DNA of 60,339 nt, counting the filler, from Sphacelaria rigidula (Eukaryota), in NCBI GenBank assembly GCA_964200075.2. It is 6 parts of 6 records of this genome, joined end to end, with 100 filler letters (N's around TTAATTAATTAA, not from the genome) between each part and the next. Parts side by side here need not be neighbours in the genome. Positions count along the whole stretch, not along the records: positions 1 to 9,976 come from CAXNAA020007379.1; positions 10,077 to 20,049 come from CAXNAA020007380.1; 4 more parts are not named here. One strand, written 5' to 3'. The notes beneath the pieces are model-generated. The model made no database searches and was not told where the DNA came from. It worked only from the letters and a program-made list of their open reading frames with translations. This document shows positions 1-13,186 of the stretch, piece by piece (position 1 is the stretch's first letter; the number at the start of each line of letters is the position of its first letter). The position numbers and the translations under genes were made by a program.

Positions 1-480
1 CACTTAAAGCCAATGATCACAGCCACTCTCAATCGTATCATCTACTCTCAATCTCACGAAAACACTGTTATAGCTCGGGAAAATAAACAGCTAGAAGAAT
101 CATTCCAGGCGCGTAGATGTGTGTTGTGCTATGCTGTACCGTACTGTCTGCGGACTGCAGTGTACGCTGCCGGAATTGTTTCGGAAGCTGCCGCGAACAT
201 GCGTGGGCGATTCATGCCGGTGCTACGTTCTTCGCAAGGGTTCGCGTTCTTGAGTATTCATGGCTACACGAACCTTCTTTGCGAGAGTATAAACGGCTAC
301 AAGAACAGCTCTGGGCACGCAGATGCGTGTGGTCTATTTTTTTGTGTGTGTTACGTGCGAGAACAATGCTTGCAATCTGGTTTGTGGCGGATATGGCGCT
401 TGAGGGGTTCGCGACCTGTACGCTACTATTTGCCTACCCCACCTATAAAAAAGCTGCGCCACAGAAGAGTAGCGCCTCAT

Positions 481-940
481 GAAATGACAAGCGGGAAACA
501 ATGCGTTCTTATCATCCATGTCATTTGAACGTGAGGTGGGGAAAATGTACGTACGATTCATACCGCATAAGTGAAAAGCGGGAAACATGTACGTATAATT
601 CATGTTCCACGAGAGGAAATTGGGAAATATGTACGCTCGATTCACTTCGTATGGATGAAAGGTGGGGAACTTGTGCCTATGATTAATGCTGGATGAAAGG
701 GGAAAGGCATGTTCGCTTGATTCACCTCGTATGAATGGAAGGTGGGGGAACATGTATTCATGCTGCATTAATTGAAGGGGAGAAAAATGTTCCTATGATG
801 CATGGCGTATAAATGGAAGGTGGGGAACGTATGCCTAGGATTCACGGTGCGAGAATGAAAAATATGAAATATGTACCTTTGTCCATACCATACGAATGGA
901 AGGTGGGAAACGTGTACATTCGTCGGTGTACCGCACGAAT
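481..940. repeat. Degenerate minisatellite, about 11 units of 40-42 bp (core ATGAATGGAAGGTGGGGAACATGTAC...GATTCA)
   Basis: The GGTGGG core recurs at 535, 661, 741, 819 and 902, with degenerate units between. Confidence 0.8.
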
Positions 941-1189
941 TACGAACTGAGAATGTGTACACTTCAAGTAGTGTCTCAAGAACCACGAAACCAAAACATG
1001 TACGAATCACAACTTGTATACGAGTCGTATGATCGACTCGTACAAATTTTGAATAGGAGTAGAACCACGATTCTATTTGTCAGAACTGTGGAATTATGAA
1101 CTTATCATTCGAAGAACATATCATTCCAAGGGTCGTTAAAATAATGGTTTCGTATGGAATTACGTGCGTGTTTGTGCAGTTGCTTCATA

Positions 1190-1398
1190 TCGTACGAATC
1201 GATCCTCGAGCTGGCTTTGGTTTCAGCGTTGCATTCACCCCAGGTACGCACGCGCACCCCAGGCAGGCACGTCGAATAAAGCCAAAATTGCTCACAGACG
1301 CTCTTGATCGGCGGTCACGACTTCTTCTCTTTCGGGCAATCAGGCCTTAGAAACCGAAGGTTTGGTGATTCGAACCAGCGATGATTCGTCCGACCTCT
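1190..1398. mobile_element. Right end of a CAC-terminal non-autonomous DNA transposon
   Basis: Similar to 13250-13450 (CGTACGAATC...TTTCAGCGTTGCA...CCAGGTACGC...ATGATTCGTCCGACC) and to 16318-16385. Confidence 0.6.
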
Positions 1399-1517
1399 AT
1401 ATTCTTCTTTGAACACGTGAGTCAAAGAACAAATACTGTAGATGTCCGATTGTCTGACGCTCTTCAATTGAGTGCTGCGGTGTGTAAGGCGGCGTTGCGG
1501 CTATCTCTGCGTTTTTT

Positions 1518-1948
1518 CAGGGCTCTACACGTTACATGTGACACTTGAACGTGATACATCCGAAAAAACGTGACTTCGGGTCATTGAACGCTACGTAAGG
1601 TCTGATTTTTTGGATGGGACAAATGTAACGTAACGTGATGTAACGTGTAGTCCTTCGAATGAACCGTAACTTAGCGTTTTATTTTCCAAATGTGACAAAA
1701 ACTCTGCTTGTTCTCGTGAATTCGTAACGCGTAACGTGTCACGTGTCACGTTAAAAATTCACAAAATCAGTCATATTTTACATCTGGAAAATCCCAAGAG
1801 ACACTGCTTCAAGGTCCACACGCTACATCACGTTACGTTACATTTGTCCCGTCCAAAAACTTGAACCTTTCCTAGCGTAAAATGACCCAAAGTTACGTTT
1901 TTTCCGGTTTTTGTCACATATTTCACGTGTGTAACGTGGATATCCCTG
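1518..1948. mobile_element. hAT-like MITE with inverted arms of about 140 bp
   Basis: Starts CAGGG and ends CCCTG. The arms are reverse complements (e.g. GGGACAAATGTAACGTAACGTGATGTA / TACATCACGTTACGTTACATTTGTCCC). The T-rich 8-bp flanks match only partly. Confidence 0.75.
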
Positions 1949-4900
1949 TTCTTTTTCAAATATATATCTACATATTCTCATTCATACTTGTATGAGGAAA
2001 GGGAGTGGCTGGCGTAAACTCTGCGGGTAATACACCCCAGCCTAGAAAGGGCAAGGGAATAGAACCATGCGACTTGTATTCTGGTTGGTGATAGTTCTTG
2101 ATTTTGTTTGTATTCTTGCTTGACTCGCGTGTCAAGTATGAGCAATGGGCTTCATGTCCTGTAGTCCGAATCATCACTTGCGTCATCTGACCTTCTGGGG
2201 GCATGACCATTTCTTTCTTTATTGCATCGCGTATGTGTTGATTTTTCTGGGTCCTATTATTTTCTTTCTACCTTATTTTGGGTAGTTAGCCTGTGACCGT
2301 GCCAAGCGTTCTCACCAGACGTCCGGTACGGATGTAAGAAGGTACTGCGCAGATTTCGGAACGGTTATGACCGTGATTGACAACATCAAAATAACGGTGC
2401 AAACTGCTGTTGGAGGAACGTTCCGTTTCGACGCACTTGCTTAACCATGGTTTTGTCATATCACGACAGGTTTGCTTGTCGTTCAAGAGAGTCTTTGCGT
2501 ATGTAACAATGATTCGTGAGATTGAAAGTAGAGGATACGATTGAGAGTAAAAAGCGGTCAACTAGTGAATGAATCGTTTCGGTTCCGAAATGTCCCTCCG
2601 CGAGGCCCGATATGCTTTCTGTAGTAGCTTGCCACTAAGGCCCTTGATATCCCTGAGAAAGATTTCAACGTGTAGCTGTAAGCACACGCTAGTGATAGAG
2701 ATGAAGAAAAACACACACGGAATGATTGAAATGGCCAAGTTAGATCGAATGACCGAAGCCACTCTCAATTAGCGCTCTACTCTCAATCTCACGAAAACGT
2801 TGTTGTGTGCGATGTGCGAATATCGTATACCTCGTACAGACAAGATCCCACGGAGCAGGAAATAGAGATCGGCGCGAATTCGCCCGGCTGTTGGTAGTAG
2901 CAGATGAACTCCCCATTATCAGTCTTGATATCAAAGAAGGAATAGACAGGAACACAGACAGGCAACAGGCAAACGGACGGATACAGATCAAGATCGCAAA
3001 CAGATGTACAAGGGAAGACAGGCACATGGGATGGGGGAAAATGATTTTTAACAGGGCCATGTGTATCGGTAGGATTCGACCGTGGTGTATATTCTGTACT
3101 ATATAACGTAGGGTTGCGGGTATCGATCGGATTCGATCATAGTATATACAATACATATTAGCTTGATAAAATATCGGTAGTTGCGCCTGTAGGCGCAAAG
3201 CGAGGGGGCAAACCCGATCGCACCTCGGCCATCATCCACCGGATGATGACCATGTTATATATATATATACACATATTGATATACAGCTCTGACTACGATA
3301 GTACACGTTTACGACAGAACAGAACAGATCAGATCAAGTATAGCGTCAGAAGTAAGTGACTTCGCGATCGGAAACGTTTTTACGTACAACACTGTGTTCA
3401 TGTACGCAATTAACAATAGATTTGATGCTGTTTGTGATACAATGGACCGCTTTTTCTACTGTTGACTATTGTCCAGGGTGTGCAATATGGCATACCAAAC
3501 TTTCTTGTCGGCGTATCCGGGCCCCTCGAGATCGCGCACGTTCATCTAGTCATTGATTCATTTATATATTTCTATATTTTTATTTTCCACTTGCCAGGAA
3601 GAGATGAGTTTAGCCCGTGAGACTACAGACTCGTACCGAGGAAGTAGCCTGGTTTGAAATACGACAAAAAAAAAACACTAATGCGTTGTGTAACGAAGTC
3701 AACCATGATACTGTGCCACCACAATACATGATGCATGTAGAGCACTCAAGATGTCTTGGGAACAAACAATAAGAGTTTTCCTCGGTGCTACTACCGTGGT
3801 CGCTTTTTCGCGCGGGTGAATCGCGGTGCGTTTGAATACTATTCGCGGTTCTGCGCGAAACTTGCGAAATCTGCCTGAGTCTCACTAGCGCATCACGGTA
3901 TCCTAAGATCGTACTCTCCAATTTCCGTCAAAATCGTACGTATCGCAAATTACCCCATCCCTTGAACCAACCATATTACAACATGCGAAAAATGCGTAAA
4001 TTGAAAATAAACAAGGGACGAGAAGACAGCCGACCCGGCTCCTGCTGCAGCGTGGCTTCAGGTAACAAGGCCGGCTGCAAAAAAGAGGAGAAAGAGGAAA
4101 GAACAAATAACAGGGAAACAGGAAAAAAAATAAAGAAAGGGAAATGCCATGAACACCTCAGTGGGTCGACGACAAAGAGTATGCAGTCTTTTTCCACTGC
4201 AGAAGTGCAAGCATACAAGAGTGAATAAAAACAAATACCTATGTGGATATGTATGTATCATCTCGACATTACGTGGATTCAATGAAATGGACAGCGTTGC
4301 GGAACAAAAATGACCAAAGGTATGCCGCGAAACAATATAATAACACAAGAAACGAGAAAACGAGAAAAGCTGGGCACCTGTTGGTCTTGGCAAGTGATGT
4401 TGAGTGCCTTAGATTCTGCGGGGATCCCAATGCATCGATGAACCTGATAGCGTTGGCCTTCGTCGTTCTCGCATGACGGAAACCTATCAAACAAATGAAG
4501 AAGAAGAGAGCGGTAATCGCAAAAAAAGTCCGTCCTATCATGAAGTGTCTTTATAAACAGGGCAGGCTGTCGGAGTTTTGCCCTGACACTGACACTAGTT
4601 CTAGAACGTCACAATTTTCTCGTTTCCCTGTTTTCTTCACCCCTTTTAGAAGGCAACGGTACTCAACCAACACCGCATATCTGGTATACGTTTGTCGTTA
4701 TTCGCTTTTTTTCCAGGCCGCCGCGGATATCGTATATCAAATCCTGTTATTCCTTCTCCTTTGAGGCCTTTGGGGCTGAAAAGGCTTACACTGATCTCAA
4801 ATTCAAAAAGTGTCCGTCCTATCCTATCCTATCCTATCTTATCCTATCCGTCCGGACCTCATTACGAAGCTCCGAACCACGCACTGTTTTCCCCCGAAAT

Positions 4901-6295
4901 GATTCGAAGCCGCGCTGCGCGAAAAAGCCGTCCGATCGCTCTTCTAACATCAATCGAGGCGCCCTCAACAAGTTTCAGCTTCATTGGTGCTCATGGCGTT
5001 GTGTTTCGCTTCTCTCTGGGTGCACTCGAGAACACCCTGAATTCGACCTCTTTTGAGCAGAGAAGGTCTTGATTGAAATTCTCATACTTGACTGTCGCAA
5101 CTGCAATCGAGGCACTCTTGGAGGTTGGGGGCATTACACGCAGCAAATCGGTTTTCCAAATCACTTTAAACATCCTTAAGAAGGTTCAGCTTCATTGCTG
5201 CTTCCTTCATTGCCGTCGCTTGTGCGTGCCGACGCCGTCCGTGGCTGAGGTGAAGGGGTGTTAAAGTTCGTGATCGACTCCCCGGTTCATTAACTCGTGA
5301 AGCTTTGCCTAGGGATGGAGGAGAAAGCAACTACGAACTGGCCAAGAAATCGATGCCAACATATATTAAGGTGAGTCCTCCCTTTAGACGGTGTAGAACA
5401 AGAGACATTGCCGACAACACTGCTGCCGAACGCGAGCTTTTTCGTGTGCAGAGTATGTGTACTTGTATCGTTGTACTGCCCGTGGTGTATTTGCGAAGTA
5501 CAGGAACCTACTGTATGCGCGAGTACCGCCTATATTTGTAACTTTACACTACTGAACTGTCTGTGCTTGCAGAGCTGCGCTTCATACGGCGCTTCGCACG
5601 GGGTTTGACAATCGGATAAGAGGTGTTGACGCCGTACCCTGGTGCGATGGTAATATTTTATGCCGCACTGCGCTACTGTCTGTGTGTATCATAACAGACG
5701 GCACTGTACTATTCTACCCTCTGCTGTCGCTGTACTCGAAGGGCGATAAATGGCACTGCACTCGTGAATTCTTGTCGCACACTGTGCACTGTTCTCGCAA
5801 TAACAACTGTATCGTCATGTACTACCACACGGCATTACCGTGTACTGTGATTGTGGAGTGTGCTGAACTGCATTAGACTCTAGGGTACCACGGTACGACG
5901 CTGCTCTTGAAATACGACTCACTGCCTGCTTGTTCTTCGGCTTCATTGTGACACCACACCCCTGCAGAAAATGACCCTCCGTGTACAGAACAATCTCAAC
6001 AACTCTGTGAAATCATGACACATACAGGCGTACACACGAATCTGAGTTTCGGGAATATGAGTCCCCCCGATTTGGCACAGATTGGGGTGCCGCCAGATTC
6101 GGGATTGGCTGCAATACAAGTTGGTCTGACGCCTCAGATTTAGAAAAAGTGGGCTCCCGCATAAAAAAAACGACGCGGGATCGGTCGTAATAGAAGGTGT
6201 GGGTGGATTTCTATTTCCCCCTATATGAGTGAATATACTTTTTTCGCACAGAGAAAAGCTAACGCAGGAGTTTTTTTTTCCATTTCTTTTGAGCA

Positions 6296-6872
6296 CTCCA
6301 TCTTCCTTCTGCGGTGCTTGCGTTTGTTTTTACCGAGAGAGGGTTTCAGCGATCCCTCCACTCGTCGACTGTGAAGTTGAACTTTGTGTACGCACGACAG
6401 AGTCGCTCTCCGCTCTAGCCTGTCGCCCTGGTGGCACAGTTGGTAACCTCGACACCTTCTGACGGTTGGGTCGTGGGTTCGAATATCGGAACGATCTGGG
6501 ATTTTTTCATGCCCACCTGTGGAGAGCGACTCTGTCGTCGGTACACAAAATTCGACTCAATGGTCGACAAGGGAAAGGGACTGCTGAACTCCTCTCGCCA
6601 TTGACAATAAAGGCAAGCACCGCAGAAAGAAGGTGGAGAACAAAAACAAACGAAAACGAAAATATCCTGTGTTGGCCTTCCTCCTGTGTGACCCCGGCTG
6701 GTGCGCCCGCATATGCCGAAAGGTGTAGACTGGCGTCCAGAATAAATGGGATGACAACACATTCTTCGGCATGGTGTGAGGGAAAATCCCAGGTCGTCCC
6801 GAGATTAGAACCCACGTCCAAACCGTCAGAAGGTTTCGAGGTTACCATCTGAGCCACCGGGGCGACCAGCTA
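6296..6872 (-). mobile_element. Older copy of the same SINE, split by the antisense copy at 6417-6761
   Basis: The minus-strand tRNA head (6762-6872) and body (6296-6416) join into the contiguous sequence seen in the intact copy at 13644-14013. Confidence 0.75.
6417..6761 (+). mobile_element. Full-length tRNA-derived SINE (about 345 bp)
   Basis: Head with A box TGGCACAGTTGG and B box GGTTCGAAT, a body shared with 13644-14013 and 38316-38388, and a structured 3' end finishing GATGACAACACA. Confidence 0.85.
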
Positions 6873-6894
6873 CTGCTGTGTGTTCCTGAATCCT

Positions 6895-7931
6895 GTCACC
6901 CCTGTGAAACTTCCATACCGGTACCCGACAGTTTTGTAAGTTCTGTAAGTCCATCACACCCCTGGTCGACAGTTCTGTGAGGTCTGTAAGCCTCCCATAA
7001 CCCCAACCCGGGATTAGGGTTTACTCTTGTACGTATATCTGATGCAGGCAGATTCCAGGTATATGTCCGGGGGGGGGAATTCATATTACTTCAATCTCTA
7101 CGCAGTCTGATAACTTACATTTGTTCCCTGACCCTCAACAATCAAACCCCCTCGTTCACTCAAAACCGTACACCCATCAAAATATTTTTTCAAGTTTCGT
7201 ACACTGACGGAGTACGGGGTACCGCTGAGTGCAAAAGCGAAACATGGAAAACAATACAGACCGTCGGGGTGGATCATTCCTAGACATGAGTGGTGGATCG
7301 AGTCGGGGTGCTTCATCTGCACCACCAGCGGTATCAAGTAGCAAGGTGCAGGTAATCGAATTTGATGGTGGTGGTGTCCAACCCTGTGTTGTATAGGATA
7401 CGGTTTGTTGTATACCCAGGGTATCTTGCCGGGTATTATCCCTACCCGACAGTTCTGTGACTTCTGTAAGACTTTCATACCGGTACCCGACATTTCTGTA
7501 GCTTCTGTAAGACTTCCATTGCCCTACCCGATATTTCTGTGACTTCTGTAAGACTTTCATCCCCCTACTCGATAGGTCTGTGACTTCAGTAACACGTTCA
7601 TACTCCTACTCGATCGGTCTGTGACTTCTGTAAGACGTTCATACCGGCCCACGATAGTCGCGCCTATACCCTTACTCGACAGGTTTGTATTTTCTGTGCA
7701 CAAGGTTCACCCCCCACCCGGGTTAGGGCATACCCTTGTAAAAATACCCGGGTGCGGGTTCGATTTTCTATGCAATCTTCATTCCCCACCCAACAAGTTC
7801 TGGATACTGTGTAAGCCTCCTATACCTACCCGATAGGTTCTGTAACCCCTGTGCGAATTTCATGCCGACACACGTTAGTTCTGTAAGTTCTGTAAAGACT
7901 CTCATACCCTGCCGAACATACCCTAACCCTA
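6895..7931. mobile_element. hAT-like non-autonomous element(s) with a 41-bp subterminal tandem array
   Basis: Unit TACCCGACAGTTCTGTGACTTCTGTAAGACTTTCATACCGG starts at 7443, 7484, 7525, 7566 and 7607. The end CATACCCTA is a TAGGG-type terminus also seen at about 40614. Confidence 0.6.
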
Positions 7932-7949
7932 CAAAAACGGCGTTGTCTT

Positions 7950-8894
7950 TAGGGCTGTGAACTAGCAGCTCTGTTCAGTTAGGTTTAAACTGGCCGCGCC
8001 AGTGCCCAGTAAGTACATCGATGTTTTTACCAGTTTATCACCCCCCCCCCCCCCCCCGGCTGGTGAGGGGGGCCTCGCGGGAGCGTCGCCCGAGACAAAA
8101 AATTCCCTGTGTTTGACTCACTTTCCCTTCAAAAATAGTGAATAGTTGTGAAAGATTTGACCACGCACATTCACCAGCTAAGAGGCTTGTACTGCGTCAT
8201 TTAACGTGGGGAGCGATTCGAAAACCATCCATCTGTAGTACGTAGCAGCAGAGACTCTCCATCAGGAGCGCGGCGGATGGGAACAACTACGCCAAGGCTG
8301 GCAGTACCTGGCGACAAGAGCGCAAAATTCTCCACGTCCGGCCGGAAAACACGCCTGTCGTTGAATGGAATGCTTGTGTATTTTGTGATCGCGGGTTACC
8401 GCTTGTTATTGTTTTTTCGGATGAGGTATATATCTGCTGCATCACTTCGAGGTGTAGTGTGCATGTACTATATTATGTTTAGAATACTCTTCACCATGCA
8501 ATTACTAATGGGGGTTTCGCGTTCGACACTTCCGCATCAAGCATCCCACCGTAAATGAGTTACGCTTCTTCTTTGTTTTTTCGTTTTCCTCATTCGACTG
8601 ACCAACCGTCGACCTACCCGCCCGCTATGGTCGATAGATGGGAAAACTACAGAAGAGGAAGGTAACGACGAAGTTTGTGGTACCTGTATTGCTGTAGAGT
8701 GCATACTTCAATTGTGCAGTCTAATTGTATACAGTGTTTGTTATAAACTTACCATAATAAAAACTATCATAAAAATACCCGGTCACGACAAACCCTCAAA
8801 TAAACTGGACAACTGGCGCTCTCGTAGCCATTTCCAGTTTAACTCCAGTTACATTGGAAATAGACATTATTAACTGGTCCAGTTCTCAGCCCAA
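7950..8894. mobile_element. Possible hAT-type element (TIR TAGGGCTGTGAACT / AGTTCTCAGCCCAA)
   Basis: Imperfect terminal inverted repeats and subterminal AACTGG/CCAGTT motifs at both ends; no TSD visible. Confidence 0.45.
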
Positions 8895-9976
8895 TTAATG
8901 CATGTGTTCGGTGTACTTTCCCATAGGAGGTGACACCATCCAAATTCAGCCCACGATTCAACTCACATAGAGAACGGTTCGCTAGGAGAGGACCTCCCAC
9001 CTTTTTCTGTGTTTACGCAATACAACTCATTTCTACATGCTGTACTTGCTTGTTTGCCTCGGTCCTATACACGGAATCTGATTGTAGAAAATGCCACAAT
9101 TATCCATATGCCGGTGGTTTCACCACGGTAAGGTTATCAAGGGGTACCCCTCAAATTTTAGCTTCCGACTCTTAGACGGGCCGTGCAAAGGTGGTCAACC
9201 GCCCAAAAATGCTTCAGACTAGCTCAGCTCGTAACGTGATCACCGAAAGCAACCTATTATCCACCTCCTTTCTTTGTCCAACCACTTGACATCATTGCTT
9301 CCAACCCCCGTTGGACACGTATTCGCTCACGGTTCAACTATGTTTCCTTCCGTACTTTCCTCTCTGCGCTCTTGTCTGCTTTCCAACGGCACTTGGTGCA
9401 AGAAAAAGAGGCGTTTGCCTCGAGAAACGACAACTAACTCCACTCCTCGGAAAGTACCGCGAAACACTACGTGTTCTCCGCCCCCTCCCGGAGAGAACCG
9501 TGACGCCATCAAGCAAAGCGACCCTCAACCCCACAAGAAGAAAAAAAACCCAACTCGACAGGGTGCACGGCCTGAGGCCACCAGGAGCGGAGGCGGATAC
9601 TGGACCACCGCCTATGGTAAGCACCACCACCATACATTTCTTTTCGCCGTTTAACCCCTTTTCCATCATGTACAGTCCCATTTTCATTTCGCCCTCTCCC
9701 ACCTTCATGAATGCTTGCTTTTATCGGCAGCAACCTTTTGTTTTTTGCTTTCAACATGCCTTAGTGCAATCGCCATCCTCCAATCGTGTTCACGTCTCGT
9801 CGTTCCTTTACTCTGCCCCTTGCCTACCTTTTTTCTACTGCGATGCGCTTCAAAACGAGGTGCCTACATTCAGAACATGACTGTCTTCTTCACATCCGAC
9901 ATCATTCACGTCAGCTTTCGGCAGCATCTGCGACTGTTCAGCGGCTTCGTTTCTTCTCATTTTGGGCTTCGTTTCT

Positions 9977-10076
9977 NNNNNNNNNNNNNNNNNNNNNNNN
10001 NNNNNNNNNNNNNNNNNNNNTTAATTAATTAANNNNNNNNNNNNNNNNNNNNNNNNNNNNNNNNNNNNNNNNNNNN
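9977..10076. other. Artificial contig linker (N44-TTAATTAATTAA-N44)
   Basis: 44 N, a 12-bp all-frame-stop core, then 44 N; identical to four other linkers. Confidence 0.98.
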
Positions 10077-10160
10077 AGGAACGGTGCTCCGTCTCGAAAG
10101 GGATGCGTGGTCAGTGGTCAAACGACGAAGGTAAGCAACAAATGAGTACACGACCCGGCG
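10077..10160. repeat. High-copy interspersed repeat at a contig end
   Basis: GTGCTCCGTCTCGAAAGGGATGCGTGGTCA.TGGTCAAACGAC.AAGG.AAGCAACAAATGAGTAC also occurs at 40003-40160 (two tandem units) and 50368-50430. Confidence 0.8.
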
Positions 10161-10982
10161 TGCTGGCGCTTGCGGGCCCGCATCGAAGATGCATTTGTCC
10201 GCATTATTACCGGGCGGGCGTCCTGTGTCATCAGTCTCCATGTCCTCGAGCAGTTCCTGGCCGGCCGCAAACGCCGTGGTGTTCAGGTTGGTCATCGCGG
10301 CCAGCCCCGCAGCCATGAACATGTCGTCGGACAAGTCGCAGTCGGTGACCTCCATCACTCTGTCCTTGCACTGGCGACTGGAGTCTGTGCGAGGGACCGG
10401 ATGCACAGGAGGGAGGGGGGGGGGGCGTACTCATTTGATGCACAGGAGGGGGGGCACTGGTGGTGTCCAGAGGAGGCGTTTATTGTGAACATGTTTTTTT
10501 TCTGAGATTGATTTTCAGCCAAAAAAAAATGGGTGCGTTTTTGTCTGGAATTGGCCAAGTTTTCGGTTCCGACGACAACACGTAGTCTCAGGGTTTTGTT
10601 CGGCGTTTTTTCTGCTATAAAAAGTGGTCAGAACAAAATTTCTGGACCAAAAGTGGCGAGAGAAAGTGTATCGATGATTTTTGTTTTATCATTCAAAGGA
10701 GCGGCTTGTCAAGAAACCAAAAAAGCGAACATGTACTTGAAGATGGGTATGTAAGGGTAGCAGGAAATCGGATAAGATGATGACTGGGAGTCTCGAGTGG
10801 CTTATGATGACCTTGCGGGGTGCATATGATACACGGCTCCACAGCTGGTTTGGCGTTCCATGGACTCTCTAGGAAATAGATGGCCACTACTGTATGTACT
10901 TCGTGATTGAAGGTTGACCTTGTCGTGCAAGATGGCATTGCGCCGTACAAGCAAGATCGGGGCACTATGATGAAGTGACTGG

Positions 10983-11116
10983 TTGATTGATTGGTTGACT
11001 GTCTCACTTTGACTGGTCCCCCGGGGTCCCAGCCGTGGTCACATGATAGACGCACCCAAGTAAGAAAAAAAACCCGGAGCACTCGCTGCAGAAAAAGAAG
11101 GAACAAAAAGTCGAAC
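10983..11116 (-). mobile_element. 5'-truncated RTE-type retroposon 3' end with (AATC)n tail
   Basis: The reverse strand reads ...TATCATGTGACCACGGCTGG-hairpin-CAGTCAAAGTGAGACAGTCAACCAATCAATC; the family has about 10 copies in the window. Confidence 0.75.
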
Positions 11117-12032
11117 ATAACGACTACTATGCCTACTGAAAACAGACGCGTTGCCGCGTAAATGATCCGTTGTATTGGGGAACTTACATGGAAGCAAGAA
11201 CGAAAAGTGGGTATCCGAGTTTTCGGACGTTCGACACCGTTTTTTTAAAAAAATTTACCCACCCCCAAACAGAAAGTTTCGCCACCAGATGTCCTACGTG
11301 GACACTACACAGTACCTCGGGAATGAGAGCCTAGCTCTCTTCTTAGGTTCGCGAATCTCTCACAGCCTGGAAAATGACATTTGAATACACTGTCAAAAAG
11401 TGTACTCTGTACAGTATTGACTATTGCGCCTATTGCAGCAGAAAATAGATTCCATACTGTACGTAGTACACTTTTTCACGATAGAATCTTTTTTCCATGG
11501 GTCATTACGCAACTTTGCAAGAACGAGTTTTTTTTCACTTTTTTACTTTATTCACCGTTTTGTCGGAAAAACTTCGATCCAGTCGGACCCTCAGGGTGTG
11601 TAAAGCTTTCAGATTGTGCAAGTGTTTCTTTTTTTTCCAATCCAATCAGGAATGGAAGAGATACGAAAGATTCATCGTTGGGAGCGGAAGAACTTTTTTC
11701 ATAAAACAAATTGCCACATCTGTTCCATTCCCGCTGTTTATATATAGATGTGTACGTTCGGCTGGAATTTTTTCACAAGCACGCGCGTTGACTTCTCGGA
11801 CCCTGCTGTCACGCGTTTTTTTTTTTTGGACCGGGGGTCTCGAGGTGCCTTTCCATTGTAATAGTCATTAGTTATTCATAGGTAGCTCATGAGCTGTCCA
11901 ACTCGTGAACCATTCTTCCTGATGTACAAACCTCAGATTCCGCTACGCTCTAATCCTCCAGTTTCTCGTCCCCCACCCCACCATGCAGTCCCCCGCTCAA
12001 ATACAAGGTGACTGCTGGACCGTTGTTTATGT

Positions 12033-12170
12033 CACACCCCGGACAAGAGATTACGTTGTCGAAAAATGTACTGCTTACAGTATGGAATCTATCGTCTATT
12101 GCAATTGATGCAATAGTCGATACTGTGCGCAGTACACTTTCGGACACTGCAACCTACTGTCCGGGGTGTG
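12033..12170. mobile_element. CAC-terminal MITE (CACTA/CMC-like), TIR CACACCCCGGACA, 3-bp TSD TGT
   Basis: Perfect 13-bp TIRs with TGT on both flanks. The interior is the inverted homologue of 11388-11495. Confidence 0.75.
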
Positions 12171-12177
12171 TGTGGTA

Positions 12178-12310
12178 TGATTGATTGATTAATTGTCGCA
12201 CTTTAACTGACCCCCCAGGGGTCCAGCCGTGGTCTTCTGATAGGCGTACCCAAGAAAAACGAAACTGAAACACGCTCTGAGAAAAAAAAAAAAGGAACAG
12301 ACAAAAAAAA
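12178..12310 (-). mobile_element. RTE-type retroposon 3' end with (AATC)n tail
   Basis: Reverse: TTCTTGGGTACGCCTATCAGAAGACCACGGCTGGACCCCTGGGGGGTCAGTTAAAGTGCGACAATTAATCAATC. Confidence 0.8.
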
Positions 12311-12568
12311 GAGGGGTCAAACAGAACGACATAGCAGACTAAGTCGTGCCAGAAAATAAATAAATAAATATACATACTATTTTTGGCAGTCGTCCATCAG
12401 ATGTTTGGGCTCTCCCATTAGCTTCTGTATGCCTTGGAACTTGAAAGTCTGTAAAACGTGGCCTCGAGGGTCGCATATTTGGCTCCCTTGTCGACTTCCA
12501 CTTCAAAAAATTTTCCAGGAGCTAGTGAAAAAAGAGCCGAAATATCCGATATATATATATAACATTAA

Positions 12569-12685
12569 CCCTTTGGAAACCCATTGGCGATTTTTGTTGA
12601 TGTGAATCGGCATCTTTTTGACGAGAAAATGACTGAAAATGATGCCCATCCACAAGAACGAAATCGTCAGTGAGTTCCTAAAGGG
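12569..12685. mobile_element. piggyBac-type MITE (117 bp)
   Basis: TTAA on both sides; termini CCCTTTGGAAAC ... GTTCCTAAAGGG. Confidence 0.75.
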
Positions 12686-13186
12686 TTAACTAAATAAAAG
12701 CAAAATTTTCCCCTCAGATTGAGAATCTAGCGTTTGGTCGAGAGAGAGAACTCGAACAAGACGAAATCCTAATCCATTCATCGTATTTGTGGAAGTCGTG
12801 AAACTCCCGGTGACGGTAGAAACCGTCGAAGGTGGCCGATGATTTCCCTCGGATTATGTAGTCAAGGATTGACCGTAAGTCGTGGGGTTGAGGCAAAGTG
12901 GATCATTCGGGGAAGCTCGACGAGCGCGAGCGAGTTAGCCCGATGACGAAGTCTGAGAGTCTTGGTCAAGAGTGATCCCCAGGGATTGTCAGCAGCTCGC
13001 TGGGAAGATCCCTGTTACCTTGGGGTCCTAGATCCGGCTGTATATATATGGAAGTTTCGGGGCTCCTGCGAACTTCCCCCTGTAACAGCTATTCACTAGG
13101 TTACACGTCATAAAAGGAAATCTCTCCGCACGTGCCCAAATGGCGATCTCCACACATTGGTGTTTCTGGGGGAGTACTAAATACTT

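Noticed and set aside
5311-5370. Isolated exon-like segments (…PTYIK|GTGAGT, similar to 30223-30244; also 33555-33605 and 56516-56536)
   Set aside because: The splice signals are plausible, but the segments are too short to assign and have no partner exons.
6421-6495. Functional tRNA genes (also 13940-14013 and 35801-35868)
   Set aside because: A and B boxes are present, but there is no complete acceptor or anticodon stem and the heads are fused to repeat bodies.
6660-6761. HDV-like ribozyme in the SINE 3' end (CCTCC...CCGGCTGG...AATGGGA resemblance)
   Set aside because: I could not find a 5' P1 strand complementary to CCCCGGC, and the P2/P3 spacing does not fit. It also lies at the element 3' end. 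An RNArobo or Infernal search would settle it.
10021-10032. TTAATTAATTAA palindromes recurring every ~10.07 kb as a biological periodic signal
   Set aside because: They are embedded in fixed-length N runs and are assembly linkers with stops in all frames.
12714-13160. Solo LTR with a primer-binding site
   Set aside because: TATA and TGTAACA motifs are present, but there are no clear paired termini, TSD or second copy.
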